From the NCBI GenBank assembly GCA_905178155.1, contig CAJINV010000009.1, forward strand, positions 3,156,768 through 3,220,767: a stretch of 64,000 nt of DNA. Direction: 5' to 3'. The notes below the pieces were generated by a model. That model saw only the letters and a program-made list of their open reading frames with translations, was not told the origin of the DNA and did no database searches. Each line of letters opens with the position of its first letter. The stretch's first letter is position 1. This document shows, one piece after another, positions 12,975 through 24,232 of this stretch. The DNA is from Amoebophrya sp. A120 (taxonomy: Eukaryota; Protista; Dinoflagellata). The position numbers and the translations under genes were made by a program.

Positions 12975-13962
12975 CCATCAAAGGATGTGTCGCGTAAATT
13001 TTTTTGTATGGCGTTTTAATAAAATAGGTGTTGCTTTTTACATGAGACTACCCAAAGATATAACTGGTGAATCCATTGAAAGGATTTTTTTTCGCTCGGT
13101 GCGTGCACTTGAGGTCTCTCTTGTGCAGTATTTCTATTTGCGAAGATGTTGCGCATTATTTTTCGCTTAGAATAGGCTTTTGTGAAGCTGAGACGTCGAA
13201 AGTCATGACATTTCTGCTAAAAACGATATTTCTGGTGGCACGGCGGTGATGATTGATCACTCCTGGCCGCGCTTGCATTTCACACATGTTTGTTTGAGAT
13301 GTTTTTGCTCTTCATGTCGAAGAAGATTGTAGTCCGACGCTCTTTCGGGCGGTGCATTTATTGACACTGGCAACTACTGAAACTATTTGCTGGGAATAAA
13401 GATTGTTACTTTGTCAAAGAAGGCTTTGTGTGCAACTTTTGGCCGACGGAAGTAGGTGTTCAGAGGTGATGGCTTCGCGTCTTTTCATGTTGTAAAGCTG
13501 CTCCGATTTTTGTTGACAATCCTGCTTCACCTTACTGAAAGAAAAGGAATGCTTCTGTTAGATTTGTTCCATGGATCTGTGCTTCTGCTTCTTACGTACG
13601 TTGTTGTCAGTCCGACAGATAGAACAAATGCCGGGAGCAAACTCGTGCTTCATGGTGATGATCAGAATGGAACAATTTGCGATCCCGTCTGTTGGCAACA
13701 TCGTTTCGCTTTTACCCCTGGCTACGAACAAAGTCGATATGGCAAGTTGCTACATATTGTTTGTAGTGCTGCTCGAAAGAAATTACACAAAACTCCATTG
13801 CGTTAGGAAAAGCAACGCTAGAACTACTAGCACTGAAATGGAGCAGCTAACATTTGGTCCAAATTCTTTTTAAAAGTTCTGCTTACTCGCACCTCCACGT
13901 GTGCTGCCTTTCGTATGTGCACGCGGCTCCAGCCCTAATTGAGATTTTTTTTCAAACTCAAG

Positions 13963-16900
13963 ATGGAGTTCCTCACGAGCAACGATGAGGAAGTCATCAC
14001 TGCCGCCGGCAATCATACCGCGTTCAATGGTTCCGCCGACAAGAGCACCACAGATTCTGCACAGGTGGATCCCTTCACGCAAATTGACAACCAGAGCCGC
14101 GATTTTTTCCGGGAAAAGGACCACGTCTTGCAGCTCTTGCGGGAAATCACGACTAGTACAGGAGCAGCTTGTGATGCAGGGAGCAGCAACACGACAGACA
14201 CTTCTGATGCGGAAAAAGCCATCCGACTGCAATTGCAAAAGCAGCAGCGAGCGAAGGCGGAGGAGGTGAAGAAAATCTGGAATGGCTACCAAGAACAGCC
14301 GGCGTTGCTGGATGGAAGCTTGCGGGAGATGGTGAATATCATGTTCGAGAACGCACTGTCAACAAGTTCTTGTATAGCAGCGCCAACACCAACGACGGCG
14401 ACCACATCAGGGACCGAGCAGCAGCAGCTGTGGGGCCCGACGCAGCATCTCGTCTGCTCGCTGCTCTACTTTCTCTGCGCCGTTCGCGGCTACAAGACGG
14501 TGGTGCAGTTTTTTCCGCACGAGGTGGCGGATTTGCTGCCGTGTTTAGCCGTGTTGGAGTCGATGGGGCGGAAGGGTGTCGAAGGTAAGATCTGCGAAGT
14601 CGACGGGGGCGTCGTGGGGAGTAAAACAGCGAAAGAACAGCTGCAATTATCGGAAAGCGAGCCACCAGGTTCTCATACATAATTAACTTGTTCGCATAGC
14701 ATGCGTTGTAAATCTGAGTCTGATTTTAAGAAAGCTGGGGTCAGCATATACGTCTACAAATCCAATCTTCAGATGTCCTCTCTACCCGCGAGAGCACCAA
14801 GGAGCACGCGGAGGACCACGCCGCCACTAGCGGAACCGAGCCACAGGTCGGAACGGGCGCGGCGACAGCTTCAGAGCAGGCTGCGACTATATCCAAAAAG
14901 CCGCCCGCTCAGCAGGATTGGGCGACGAGCTACGTGTTGTACCTCTGGATGGCCATGATTCTCTACTCGCCGTTCGATTTGAACACGATCATGAGCATTG
15001 ATAATCCTATCCTGTGCAAAAGTATCATGACCGTGTCGGGCACACTTGGTTATGCAGCGAGTAACGAAATAGAAATGCGCCGTCGTTATCGTTCGCCCTG
15101 ATTAGATGCGTCTTTGTCGCTCGCGTGACCACTGCTTAGGATAAGTCTTTTGCTTGGCTGTTTCGCTTAAGTGTTTCGCTTAAGCGTTTCGGTTATGCGT
15201 TTCGGTTATGCGTTTCAGTTAAGCGTTTCGCTTAAGCGTTTCGGTTAAGCGTTTCGCTTAAGCGTTTCGGCTAAGCGTTTCGCTCAAGCGTTTCGCATAA
15301 ACGTTTTGCCTCAGAAGGCGCTTCGCACAAGCGTTTCCGCTGAGTAGTGCGTCCACAAGCCCCCATGCTTAAGTAGTGCCTCGCGGAGGTGATTCTTTTC
15401 TTAAGTAGTGCTCGCCTAAGTAGTGCGTCGCTTGCTCTCTTAAGTAGTGCTCCCTTCAGTGGCGCTCCGCTTAAGTAGTGCGTCTTCTGAGGAGCGCGCC
15501 AGTGCTTCGCTTAAGTGCTTCGCTTAAGTGCTTCGCTTAAGTGCTTCGCTTTAGTGCTTCGCTTAAGTGCTTCGCTTAAGTGCTTCGCTTTAGTGCTTCG
15601 CTTAAGTGCTTCGCTTAAGTGCTTCGCTTCAGTGCTTCGCTTAAGTGCTTCGCTTCAGTGCTTCGCTTAAGTGCTTCGCTGAAGCGCTTCGCTTAAGTGC
15701 TTCGCTGAAGTGCTTCGCTGAAGTGCTTCGCTGAAGTGCTTCGCTGAAGTGCTTCGCTGAAGCGCTTTGCTTAAGTGCTTCGCTGAAGTGCTTCGCTTAA
15801 GTGCTTCGCTGAAGTGCTTCGCTCAAGTGCTTCGTTTAAGTGCTTCGCTTAAGTGCTTCGCTGAAGCGCTTTGCTTTAAGTGCTTCGCTGAAGTGCTTTG
15901 CTTTAAGTGCTTCGCTGAAGTGCTTTGCTTAAGTGCTTCGCTTAAGTGCTTCGGTTAAGTGCTTCGCTCAAGTGCTTCGCTTAAGTGCTTCGCTTAAGTG
16001 CTTCGCCTAAGTGCTTCGCTTAAGTGCTTCGCTGAAGTGCTTCGCTTAAGTGGTGCCTCGCTTAAGTGGTGCTTCGCTTAAGTGGTGCTTCGCTTAAGTG
16101 GTGCTTCGCTTAAGTGGTGCTTCGCTTAAGTAGTGCCTCGCTTGAGTAGTGCTTCGCTTAGGTAGTGCTTCGCTTAGGTAGTGCTTCGCTTAAGTAGTGC
16201 TCCGCTTAAGTAGTGCTTCGCCCCGCGCGCTTAAGTAGTGCGCTGCGCGCTCGCAGAGGCGCCGTCTAAGTGGTGCCCCGCTGAGGTAGTGCTCTTTGCG
16301 CTCCCAGGGGCGGCACTTAAGTAGTGCCCCGCTTAAGTAGTGCGCTTCGTGCGCCCAGACGCGCCCCTTCTGTGGCGCCCCGCTTAAGTAATGCCAAAAT
16401 ATGGCGCCCCGCTTTTGAGTAGTGCCGCGGCTAGGCGGTGCGTCGCTGAGCTGCGCCTTTCGTATTTTTGGAAAAGATGAAATCATGTAATGCAGTTCCC
16501 ACACGCCTGCGCACAGTGAATAGGAATACTTTTGCACAAATGCATAAACCCAATCGACCACTTGTTCAAGCTCGCCTACAGGTCCCTCTCGCACTCCTCC
16601 CGCCTACGCGAGTCCGCCGCGTTTCTACTCGGAAAGCTGTTCGTATGGAAATGTCATAATCGAAATTCACAAAGTCGAAAAATTTGTGATGCATGAAATC
16701 GATACCAGTTGGAGCCTCAGTTTGTAAGTGGCGCATGACAAATTTCGGGAGCACCACCCAAATCCAGTCTGTCATGCTGTTTGGGCAAAGAAGACTGCTC
16801 CTGTCATGCTACTCTGACAGCACATTGCATACTCCTAAACAGGCTTACACTCGGTCTCATTTGCTTGCTCCCCAATACAGGCCTTCAGTGCCCTAGATTT

Positions 16901-19900
16901 TATGCATCGCAAGTTTTTCGATTTTGTCGATTTCGATCCTGACGCATTCATAGTTCGCCCGAAAGGATTGCCTGGATTTGTTCGGAAGCTTGTTTCTCCC
17001 TATTTGCGAAAAGGAATTCCTTGGCGTAACCACTAGCGTTGGCGAAGCTGATCATGCTGGCACCACTTCTAGTCCGGAGAAGAAAGCAGAGGGCGCGGCG
17101 ACAAAAGACCAGCAACAGCTGCAAGAACAACAAGAAGATCCCCTGACCAAAGACTTCCGCATGCTCGGAACGTTGCAGGCCGTGAACCAAATTCTGAAGC
17201 AGGCGAAGTGCGAGCTGAAACCCACAGTAAGTAAACACAGTTCCAGCTGCGATGACAAAATAAATCCAGCTCCCTCTCAAGCGGAAAACTATGAGAAGCT
17301 GTTTGAAACCTTGCTGAAAGCCACAGAGAAAAACGAAAAGTTCGAGAAAAACGCTTTAGCGTGGAAACTGCGGATGAAGTGTTTATCGAGAATCGTCGAG
17401 CGGTTCCTGCCCAACAAACCGCCCTCCTGGCGGTATCAACGCGGGCTGCGGGTGCTGGGGGCGAGTCTAGCGGCAGCGGGTGCAGCGACCAATGCGGGAG
17501 AAGACGGCGGCAGCGCGGCAGCATTGGACGAGAAATCGAAGATGATAATCGGAGGCAACATTGAGAAGGATGAAGCGGATAGTACAGCACGAACGAAGAA
17601 TCACACAGCCGCCGCGCACGGTCCGCCAGGGGCGAAAACCTCTGACGCGGCCGGGGCTGAAGAAGACGATGATGGTGCGCAAATAATAGATCCTGAGCAC
17701 GAGCATGAGATATCGGACAAAGTTTTAGATCTCGTGGAGGAAGTGATCGAACTTCTTCTCCAGTCTCTCCTCCACACGGACACTATCGTCCGCTGGTCGG
17801 CCGCCAAATGCTACGGACGCATCACGAGCAAAATGTCCTCGCTCTACTATGCGGACCAACTTCTCGAAATTCTGGAAAAGCGGTGTTTCCAGCAAAACGG
17901 CCGCAACGACCGGGCGTGGCACGGGGGCTGCTTGGCGATCGCGGAACTCGCGCGCAGGGGGTTGCTGTTGCCGGTGCGGCTGAAAACCATCTTGCCGATC
18001 GTGTGCGAAGCGTTGCACTTCGAGTTTGCGAACGGGAGTTCTTTCGGGGGGAGCAGCAGTTCAATTTCCACCACATCCGCTGGCCAGCACGTCCGCGACG
18101 CCGCGTGTTTATGGATCTGTCAGGATTGAAATCGTCAAATTTGAAATGATTTGTCATGCATAAAATGGATGCCAGTTGGAACCCAGTTTCCAAGTGGCGC
18201 ATGACAAATCTTGCTGGTGCCTAAATCCAGTTTGTAGTGCTGCTCTGGTAAGGAGGACGCATTTTGTCATGCTACTTTAGTAGCTCTATTTCTACCCCTC
18301 AAAAGGCTTACAGTCTGCCTCCCTTGCCTACTCTGCAAGACAGGCACTTTGTGGGTTGCATTTTATGCATGACAAACTATTTCAACTCTGACGATTTCAA
18401 TCCTGACGCTTCCATAGTGTTACTGCGTCTGGGCCTTCGCGCGGGCGTATCAGCCGGAGCATTTCGATCTGCAAAACCGAAAACTCCTCGCCGCGGCCTT
18501 GCTCCCCGCCTGCTGCTTCGACCGAGAAATCAACATCCGCCGGGCGGCGAGCGCCGCGATTCAGGAGCATGTCGGGCGGCAGGAAACGTTTTCAGCATCG
18601 GAAGATAATGCGACAGACTCCGGTAGTTCGAAATCCACCAGCATCGCGTTGGTGACCTATGACCTGCTCAAACGTTACAATCTCAAACGTTACAATGGAG
18701 TCTGGGTTTTGTGTTGCATGATGAGCATGACAGACTTGCACACCGTTTCGCCTTCTGCAGTGCAAATTTCGCCAGATTTTTCCAGTGCGGATTGGGACTC
18801 CAGAACTTGTCATGCGCAGTCTTGTGGGAGTAGGGTAGATCATGCACTTCTTGCATCACAGATTTCCATATTCTACTGTAACGTTTGAGATTGTAACAGC
18901 TGAGCAGGTTATATGACCATCGCGGATTTTTTCACGGTGTCCTGCAGGAAAAGGTCCTACACAAAAGTCGCCCCGGAAATCGCCGCATTGCCGAATGAGA
19001 ACTACCGGTTCTACTTGGTGAACCACTTGCTCGACTTCAAAGTCGACCATCCAGACGTAAACATCAGGGAGGAAACGGCTCTGGCGCTGGGGGAACTGCT
19101 GGTTGATGACGTTTTGTTCCATGCTGTTGATGGCACGACTAGCAAATCGACAACGACTGATATTAACAACCACGCAAGAACATCAGAAGATATCTTTCAC
19201 GAGTACGCGAATGAGAAAGTGATCCCGAGATTAGCCGCGAACGTCGTGGTGCCACCACCAGCTGCTGGCGCGACAGGATCGCAAGGGAGGACATCTGGGG
19301 TGCTTCCAACAGGTTCCACGACATCTAGCAGTACAACCGCATTGCAGAAGCACGGCTCCCTCCTTTCCCTCGCGGAGATCATCCGGAAGGACAAGCTGAC
19401 GCTGACCGAAAAGACGCAGGTTTTGCTGCGAAACCTCGTTCCCAACGGGGAAAAACAGCGGATGTACCGCGGTCGGGGCGGTGAACAGATCCGGTTTGCC
19501 GCCATGAAGATGCTCTCGGCCATCTGCTGCAATTTGAAGGTAGTAGAGAGATTTATTTTGCAGGTTTTTTTTCTGCGCTGTAGCAGGGTTTGGATACTTA
19601 CCATTTTGCTGTGCATGAGAAACCAAGATTGTCGTTGCGATCTTCCGCAAGACAAACACACAAATCTTCTAACCCAAAATTTCCAGATCGTCTTCCCCGC
19701 TGTAAAGACCACAAAGTACTACCTCCAATCAATCGAAGAGTGCTTGTACCACAGTGGCGAAGCCAGAATTCAGTTTGTCGCCATGGAAGCCCTGTCGCAC
19801 CTGCTGGAACAGCGGCTGGGTTCTAGTTCTACGACTTTAGGAGGAGTTCCTCATGCGGCCTCTGCGCAACAAGAGGAATTTCAAATCGTCATCGATTTCA

Positions 19901-22900
19901 CGAAAAAGCAACTGGAAAAGCTGGATTTCAAGAACCAAGTGGCGAACAAGACGACGCTTTCCCCCCTAGCGACGAGGAATGGAGCGATACTAGCTTTTAT
20001 CGTAAGGAAAAATCCCCCACGCCCGAACTTGGGAGCATTTGTATTGCAAACCTTTCCAAATGAAACATTCGCCCTCTTGCATCTATCAGCATGACAAATT
20101 TTTCCATGCTGAATAACGCAATTTTGTGATGCAAAGGAGCCCAACAGCAGGCGGATCGCTGATGCAAAAGATACCTTGCGCACCTAGATTCTGTATCAGA
20201 AATGCTTGCGCTCCTTTCATGCAAGACAAAAACCTTTCATTTGGAAACTTTGCATGAGAAACTTTGACAAATTCCGGGGTGGGGCACTTTTCATTGTAAT
20301 AGCCTTGGGCTGGCTCGGAGCGTGGTTTTTCGAGAAAATGGCGTATAGCTCAGATTTGGTTGCAGACAAAAATGCGGATAAGAAGCCAGATTTTTCGGAT
20401 TCGTTGCTCTCCACCATCATCACGGCTTTGTGTGAGGAAATCACAACGGCGTCGAGTATTTTGTATGGATTGTAAAAGTGTCTGGGTCTGGAAACTTGTG
20501 ATGCTGGGTGGCGTATCATGAAGAGGCCACAAATGCTGGCTCAGCATGACAAGCTTTTGAGCTTCTAGGTTTTGCCTATTCTGCATGACAAACTGCGTTT
20601 CTGCATGACAACAAAATGGGGCTCTTGGGAAACGTGCATGACAGATTTAAGAGCCATGCTAGACTAGCATGACAAGTCTCGCAATCTCCCAGACCCAGAC
20701 ATTTTTACACTTGATATTTTGCCGGAAGAGACAAAAGATCCAGTTTCGAGGCAATACGCGGTTTTCGGGCTGGCCCGGATACTGAGTCGAATAGCGAACA
20801 GTCGGGGTGCTGGTTCGGGTCTTGCAAAAGAAGCGCAGAAGAAGATAAATTTCGCCGAAATCAAAACTGCGTTACTGACCGCGGTTCAAGATTACGAGGT
20901 GGACCGGAGAGGCGACGTGGGCAGCTGGGTCCGGGAACTCGCGCTCGATGCGTTTTCTTGGTATCTCGAAGCGGAGGGGGCTTGTCATGCGGAAAAAGCT
21001 AGTACGGCCGAGGTGGAAAATGTTAAATCTTCTTCCTCCTTCCCCTGGGAACCCATCCTCGCGGCGATTCTCCAGCAGTGCATGGAAAAGATCGACCGCA
21101 CCAGGATCATCGCCTTTTCCGCGCTGGCCCGGATTGTGCGGGAATCAGTACCGCGCTTACCGCTCGACGCGACCGCTGCGTTTCAAATCGCGGCGAGCCG
21201 GTCCACCGCGTCTGCGAGTAAGGAACCGATCGCGAAACTGCTGGCGTTTTCAACAACGACAACAGAAGCTGGCGCTAGTGGTCCTCGATGTGCAGGTAAA
21301 AAATCTGTATTGCGGCGCTCGATGATCTGCAGTGGAGAGGACAAAGCTGCTTGTCCACCTTGGATCGCAGTTTTGGAGGAGGTTTGCACGACAACGACGG
21401 ACCAGACGTTGGATAAGGCAAACACGACTTCAACCGCTATCAAAAGGAAAAATGCCCCCACCTCATATCGAAAACGAAATTTGTGATGCTGTATCTAGTA
21501 CACAAATCGACTTGTAATGCTAGAAGGCCAAGAGCCGCAGGCGTGGCCTCGTTTGCAGGCAATTTGTCATGCTGCTTCCCACTTCCAGCTGCCTCCTGTC
21601 ATGCTGAAGATGCAAGGCTATCCCACGCCACCCAGCACGACAGTCCGCATCTTTTCCTTTCTAGCATGACAGGCTGACTTGTGGCCCCAAATCTGCATGA
21701 CAGATTTCCGTTTTGATATGGGGAGGGGGGATTTTTCTTCTTGATAACCGCTGATAATGACGAAGAGCTCTTTAATATTTCAACATCATCAGCGAGCGCA
21801 ACAAATAAAACATCAACGCCAACTATGGACGAGTGCGGTCTCTTCCTGTTCGAAAAGTTCACACCACTCCTGGACTTCGCGGAATTTCGAACCCCGATGC
21901 TGTTAGGCCTGCTGAATTCCGTTGGCGGGGTGACGGAATCCACCGCGAAGGCGAGCTCCAAAGCGTTAATCGAGTTCATGGAGAAGTCGGAGGAGAAAAA
22001 ACAGAAAGTGTGTGAAAGCTTACTGCAGATTTTCCAGGAAAGAGTCCTGGATTTGCAAAAAGAAAAACAACAGCAATCACACGATGGTACAGGTACCACT
22101 GCAACTACAACCAAAGCGACGAGCACCACACAGCAAGCGGCTTTTCAGCTCTGCTTGCTGAACGTTTTCGGATTACTCCTCTCGTCAAACAACTTCGCTG
22201 TGAACTCCGGAGAGCCGCTGTTTCAGAAATGTTATCAGTTAATTCAGACGAATAAAATTGCGAAGATATTGTGAGGAAAACCCCCCCTCCCCATATCAGA
22301 CAGGAAATTCGTGATGCTGGACCTGCGTACACAAATCGATTTGTATTGCTGGGAGCCCAGGAGACGCAGTTGCGGCCTCGTTGGCAGGCAATTCGTTATG
22401 CTGTTTCCGGCTTCCCGTTGCTCTCTGTCGTGCTGAAAGCGCAACGCTTTCCAACGCCAGACAGTACTACAGTCCGCATCTCTTCGTTTCTAGCATGACA
22501 ACTTGATTTGTGGTCACAAATCATGCTACACAAATCCCCGTTTTGATGTGGGGAGGGGAGATTTTTCTTCTTGATAGAAGAACAACGTCGCAATTCTGAA
22601 ATCCAGCCTGGCGATTTTCATCGGGTTGTTCAACCTCTGTATCGCAAGGAAAATGTGTTTCACTGTAAACTTGTAATGCAGAAAATGTATCTCAGAAGTG
22701 TTTGTCTTGCTACACATGCTAGGCAGGCGATTGGTAGCTGTGTTTTCCCTTAGGAACGTCGCATGGCAGGTTTTCCCTGTCATGTAGAGCAAGCTTGTGA
22801 TGCAAAACTTGCAAAATCCTTACAGTGAAACACTTTTTTCGTACGATACTCGGTGATAGTGGTGCAGTACTACCCGTGAAAGAAGTAGCAGCAGGAACTA

Positions 22901-23451
22901 CCGCTCAACCCTCTGCGAACAATCTGGTAAGACGTAAATCCCTTCGCGTTCTGCTCCTCCAGCTGAACCACAAATTTCCGAAACTGCGCGAGGCGGTGGC
23001 GAGTTCGCTGTACTTGGCCTTGGTTGCCTTTTCGACGGAAGGGTTTGTGTTGTCGTGGCTAGAAGAGGTGGACGCGGCAAGTAGTTCGGGGACGGTACCA
23101 GCTTCTGGAACAACAGGACTTGTTTCCTCTTCCTCCGAACCACCACCACCAGTGCAAAAATCTCTCCAAATTGCCCCCGAAACCGTGGATTTTGTGTGCG
23201 CGAAGCTGATTGAAACGCCGTGGATGAGCGAGGAAGAGGGGGAGGAGATTCGGGCGGAGAGTTTGAAGGCGATTTACGAAAAATTCGAATTGCCCATGCC
23301 GAAACTGAAGGCGAGCGGAAATAAGGGAAGTGGCAAAGCGGGAAATCATAGAGACGGGAACAAAGGTTCCGGCGTGCAAGAGCACGCGTTGCTGAAGAAA
23401 AAAGAAGTGGAGGGGTACGCGCAACTGGTGCGGGAGTTTCATAACGTGTAG
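13963..23451 (+). CDS. TBCD: Tubulin-specific chaperone D (tubulin folding cofactor D), HEAT-repeat protein
   Basis: Family motifs [67 protein letters not shown]|[61 protein letters not shown]; nine introners plus GT-AG introns. Confidence 0.95.
15008..16546. mobile_element. Introner with family H-type ends expanded to about 1.5 kb by an internal satellite
   Basis: TATCCTGTGCAAAAGTAT...ATACTTTTGCACAAATGCATA; flanks AATCC/AACCC; removal gives SIDNP|IDHLFKLAY. Confidence 0.85.
15159..16450. repeat. Compound minisatellite: 13-bp GCGTTTCGSTTAA, 13-bp GTGCTTCGCT(T/G)AA (about 42 copies, 15502-16050), 16-bp GT(A/G)GTGCTTCGCTTAA
   Basis: Direct reading of tandem units; degenerate, spacer-interrupted at both margins. 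Confidence 0.95.
16644..16952. mobile_element. Introner family D
   Basis: TATGGAAATGTCATAATCGAAAT...ATTTCGATCCTGACGCATTCATA; TSD GTTCG/GTTCG. Confidence 0.92.
18110..18416. mobile_element. Introner family D
   Basis: TATGGATCTGTCAGGATTGAAATC...GATTTCAATCCTGACGCTTCCATA; TSD GTGTT/GTGTT; splits AAC|YCVW motif. Confidence 0.95.
18658..18913. mobile_element. Introner family E
   Basis: TATGACCTGCTCAAACGTTACAATCTCAAACGTTACA TIR; TSD TGACC/TGACC. Confidence 0.93.
19998..20301. mobile_element. Introner family C (subfamily C2)
   Basis: TATCGTAAGGAAAAATCCCCCAC...GTGGGGCACTTTTCATTGTAATA; flanks GCTTT/GCCTT. Confidence 0.88.
20464..20716. mobile_element. Introner family A
   Basis: TGTCTGGGTCTGG TIR core; TSD TTTTG/TTTTG. 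Confidence 0.92.
21438..21746. mobile_element. Introner family C
   Basis: TATCAAAAGGAAAAATGCCCCC...GGGGATTTTTCTTCTTGATA; TSD ACCGC/ACCGC. Confidence 0.92.
22267..22576. mobile_element. Introner family C
   Basis: Body similar to 21438 copy; TSD GAAGA/GAAGA. Confidence 0.92.
22640..22848. mobile_element. Introner family F
   Basis: TATCGCAAGGAAAATGTGTTTCACTGTAA...TTACAGTGAAACACTTTTTTCGTACGATA; flanks CTCTG/CTCGG. Confidence 0.9.
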
Positions 23452-24232
23452 GTAACACGAAGGGGATCGTGGTCTCCACAGTATTTGCTTCACCTAGGAT
23501 TCTTTGTTGCTATCTTCGCTGCACTGAATTTTTTTTTACCAAAATGATGAACAGCTGAAGGGATTATTGAAAATTATCGGAAGAAGTCAGTCCTTCTGTG
23601 CGGTAAACAGTACGTAAAGGCCTTCGCCCGCCGGAAGATCCGGCACAAAATAAACTAAAACTTTCCTATCCTGCCTCTGAGCAGAAAAGCAAAGCACACT
23701 TGCCTTCCTGCGGACTTCTTTGAGGTTCGAAAGACCGCTGCCACCTTCTTTCAGCCTGTTCGAATCTGCAAGACCGTCATGATTTGCCTTCGTGCTTCAC
23801 TTCGTCTTGAAGATCAAGCACAGTCACATTTTCTTTATGTTATTCTTGCGTCCAAAACTGCGTTCTTGTTGGGCTTCTTATGCACCGTGGTGCTCAACAT
23901 CGCAAGAAGGGCTGTTCTGTGTTGAGAGGTGGTTCTGGTCTTCCTAGAATTTAGTTGACAGTAATGCTCTGTGAATACATTGAGAAGTACGTACTAGTGG
24001 ACACTGTCTGAGATGATGGTCCTGAGGTGTTGAAGCCGTACATTTACATACAAAGCTAGTAGTACTCCAGGTATGTAATGGCATCTACTTCACAACTTCG
24101 TCCAGGCCACTCCTTGACAGGACGCTGCGTTCAGCGCAGCTGCGGTCGAGCTGAGGTGGCGTAGTCGGTAGGACCTCGCACGACCCGTTGAGCCCGCTGT
24201 AGCGGGCGCCATTGAAGATCACATACGTCAAC

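Noticed and set aside
13945-13965. CTCAAG before the TBCD ATG as a relict dinoflagellate spliced leader
   Set aside because: Only 6 nt match the leader 3' end; expected by chance
15340-16450. CRISPR-like look: CTTAAGTAGTGC repeats separated by variable GC-rich stretches
   Set aside because: Repeats are too short, spacers are irregular and grade into a pure tandem array, there are no cas genes, and the context is a eukaryotic intron
16566-16896. Recurring short ORFs such as [36 protein letters not shown]
   Set aside because: Translations of introner TIRs and bodies, not a protein family
13963-23451. TBCD, GBP and SRP72 as transposon-disrupted pseudogenes
   Set aside because: At the junctions checked, exons rejoin in frame with intact motifs once elements are removed; I saw no independent stops or frameshifts
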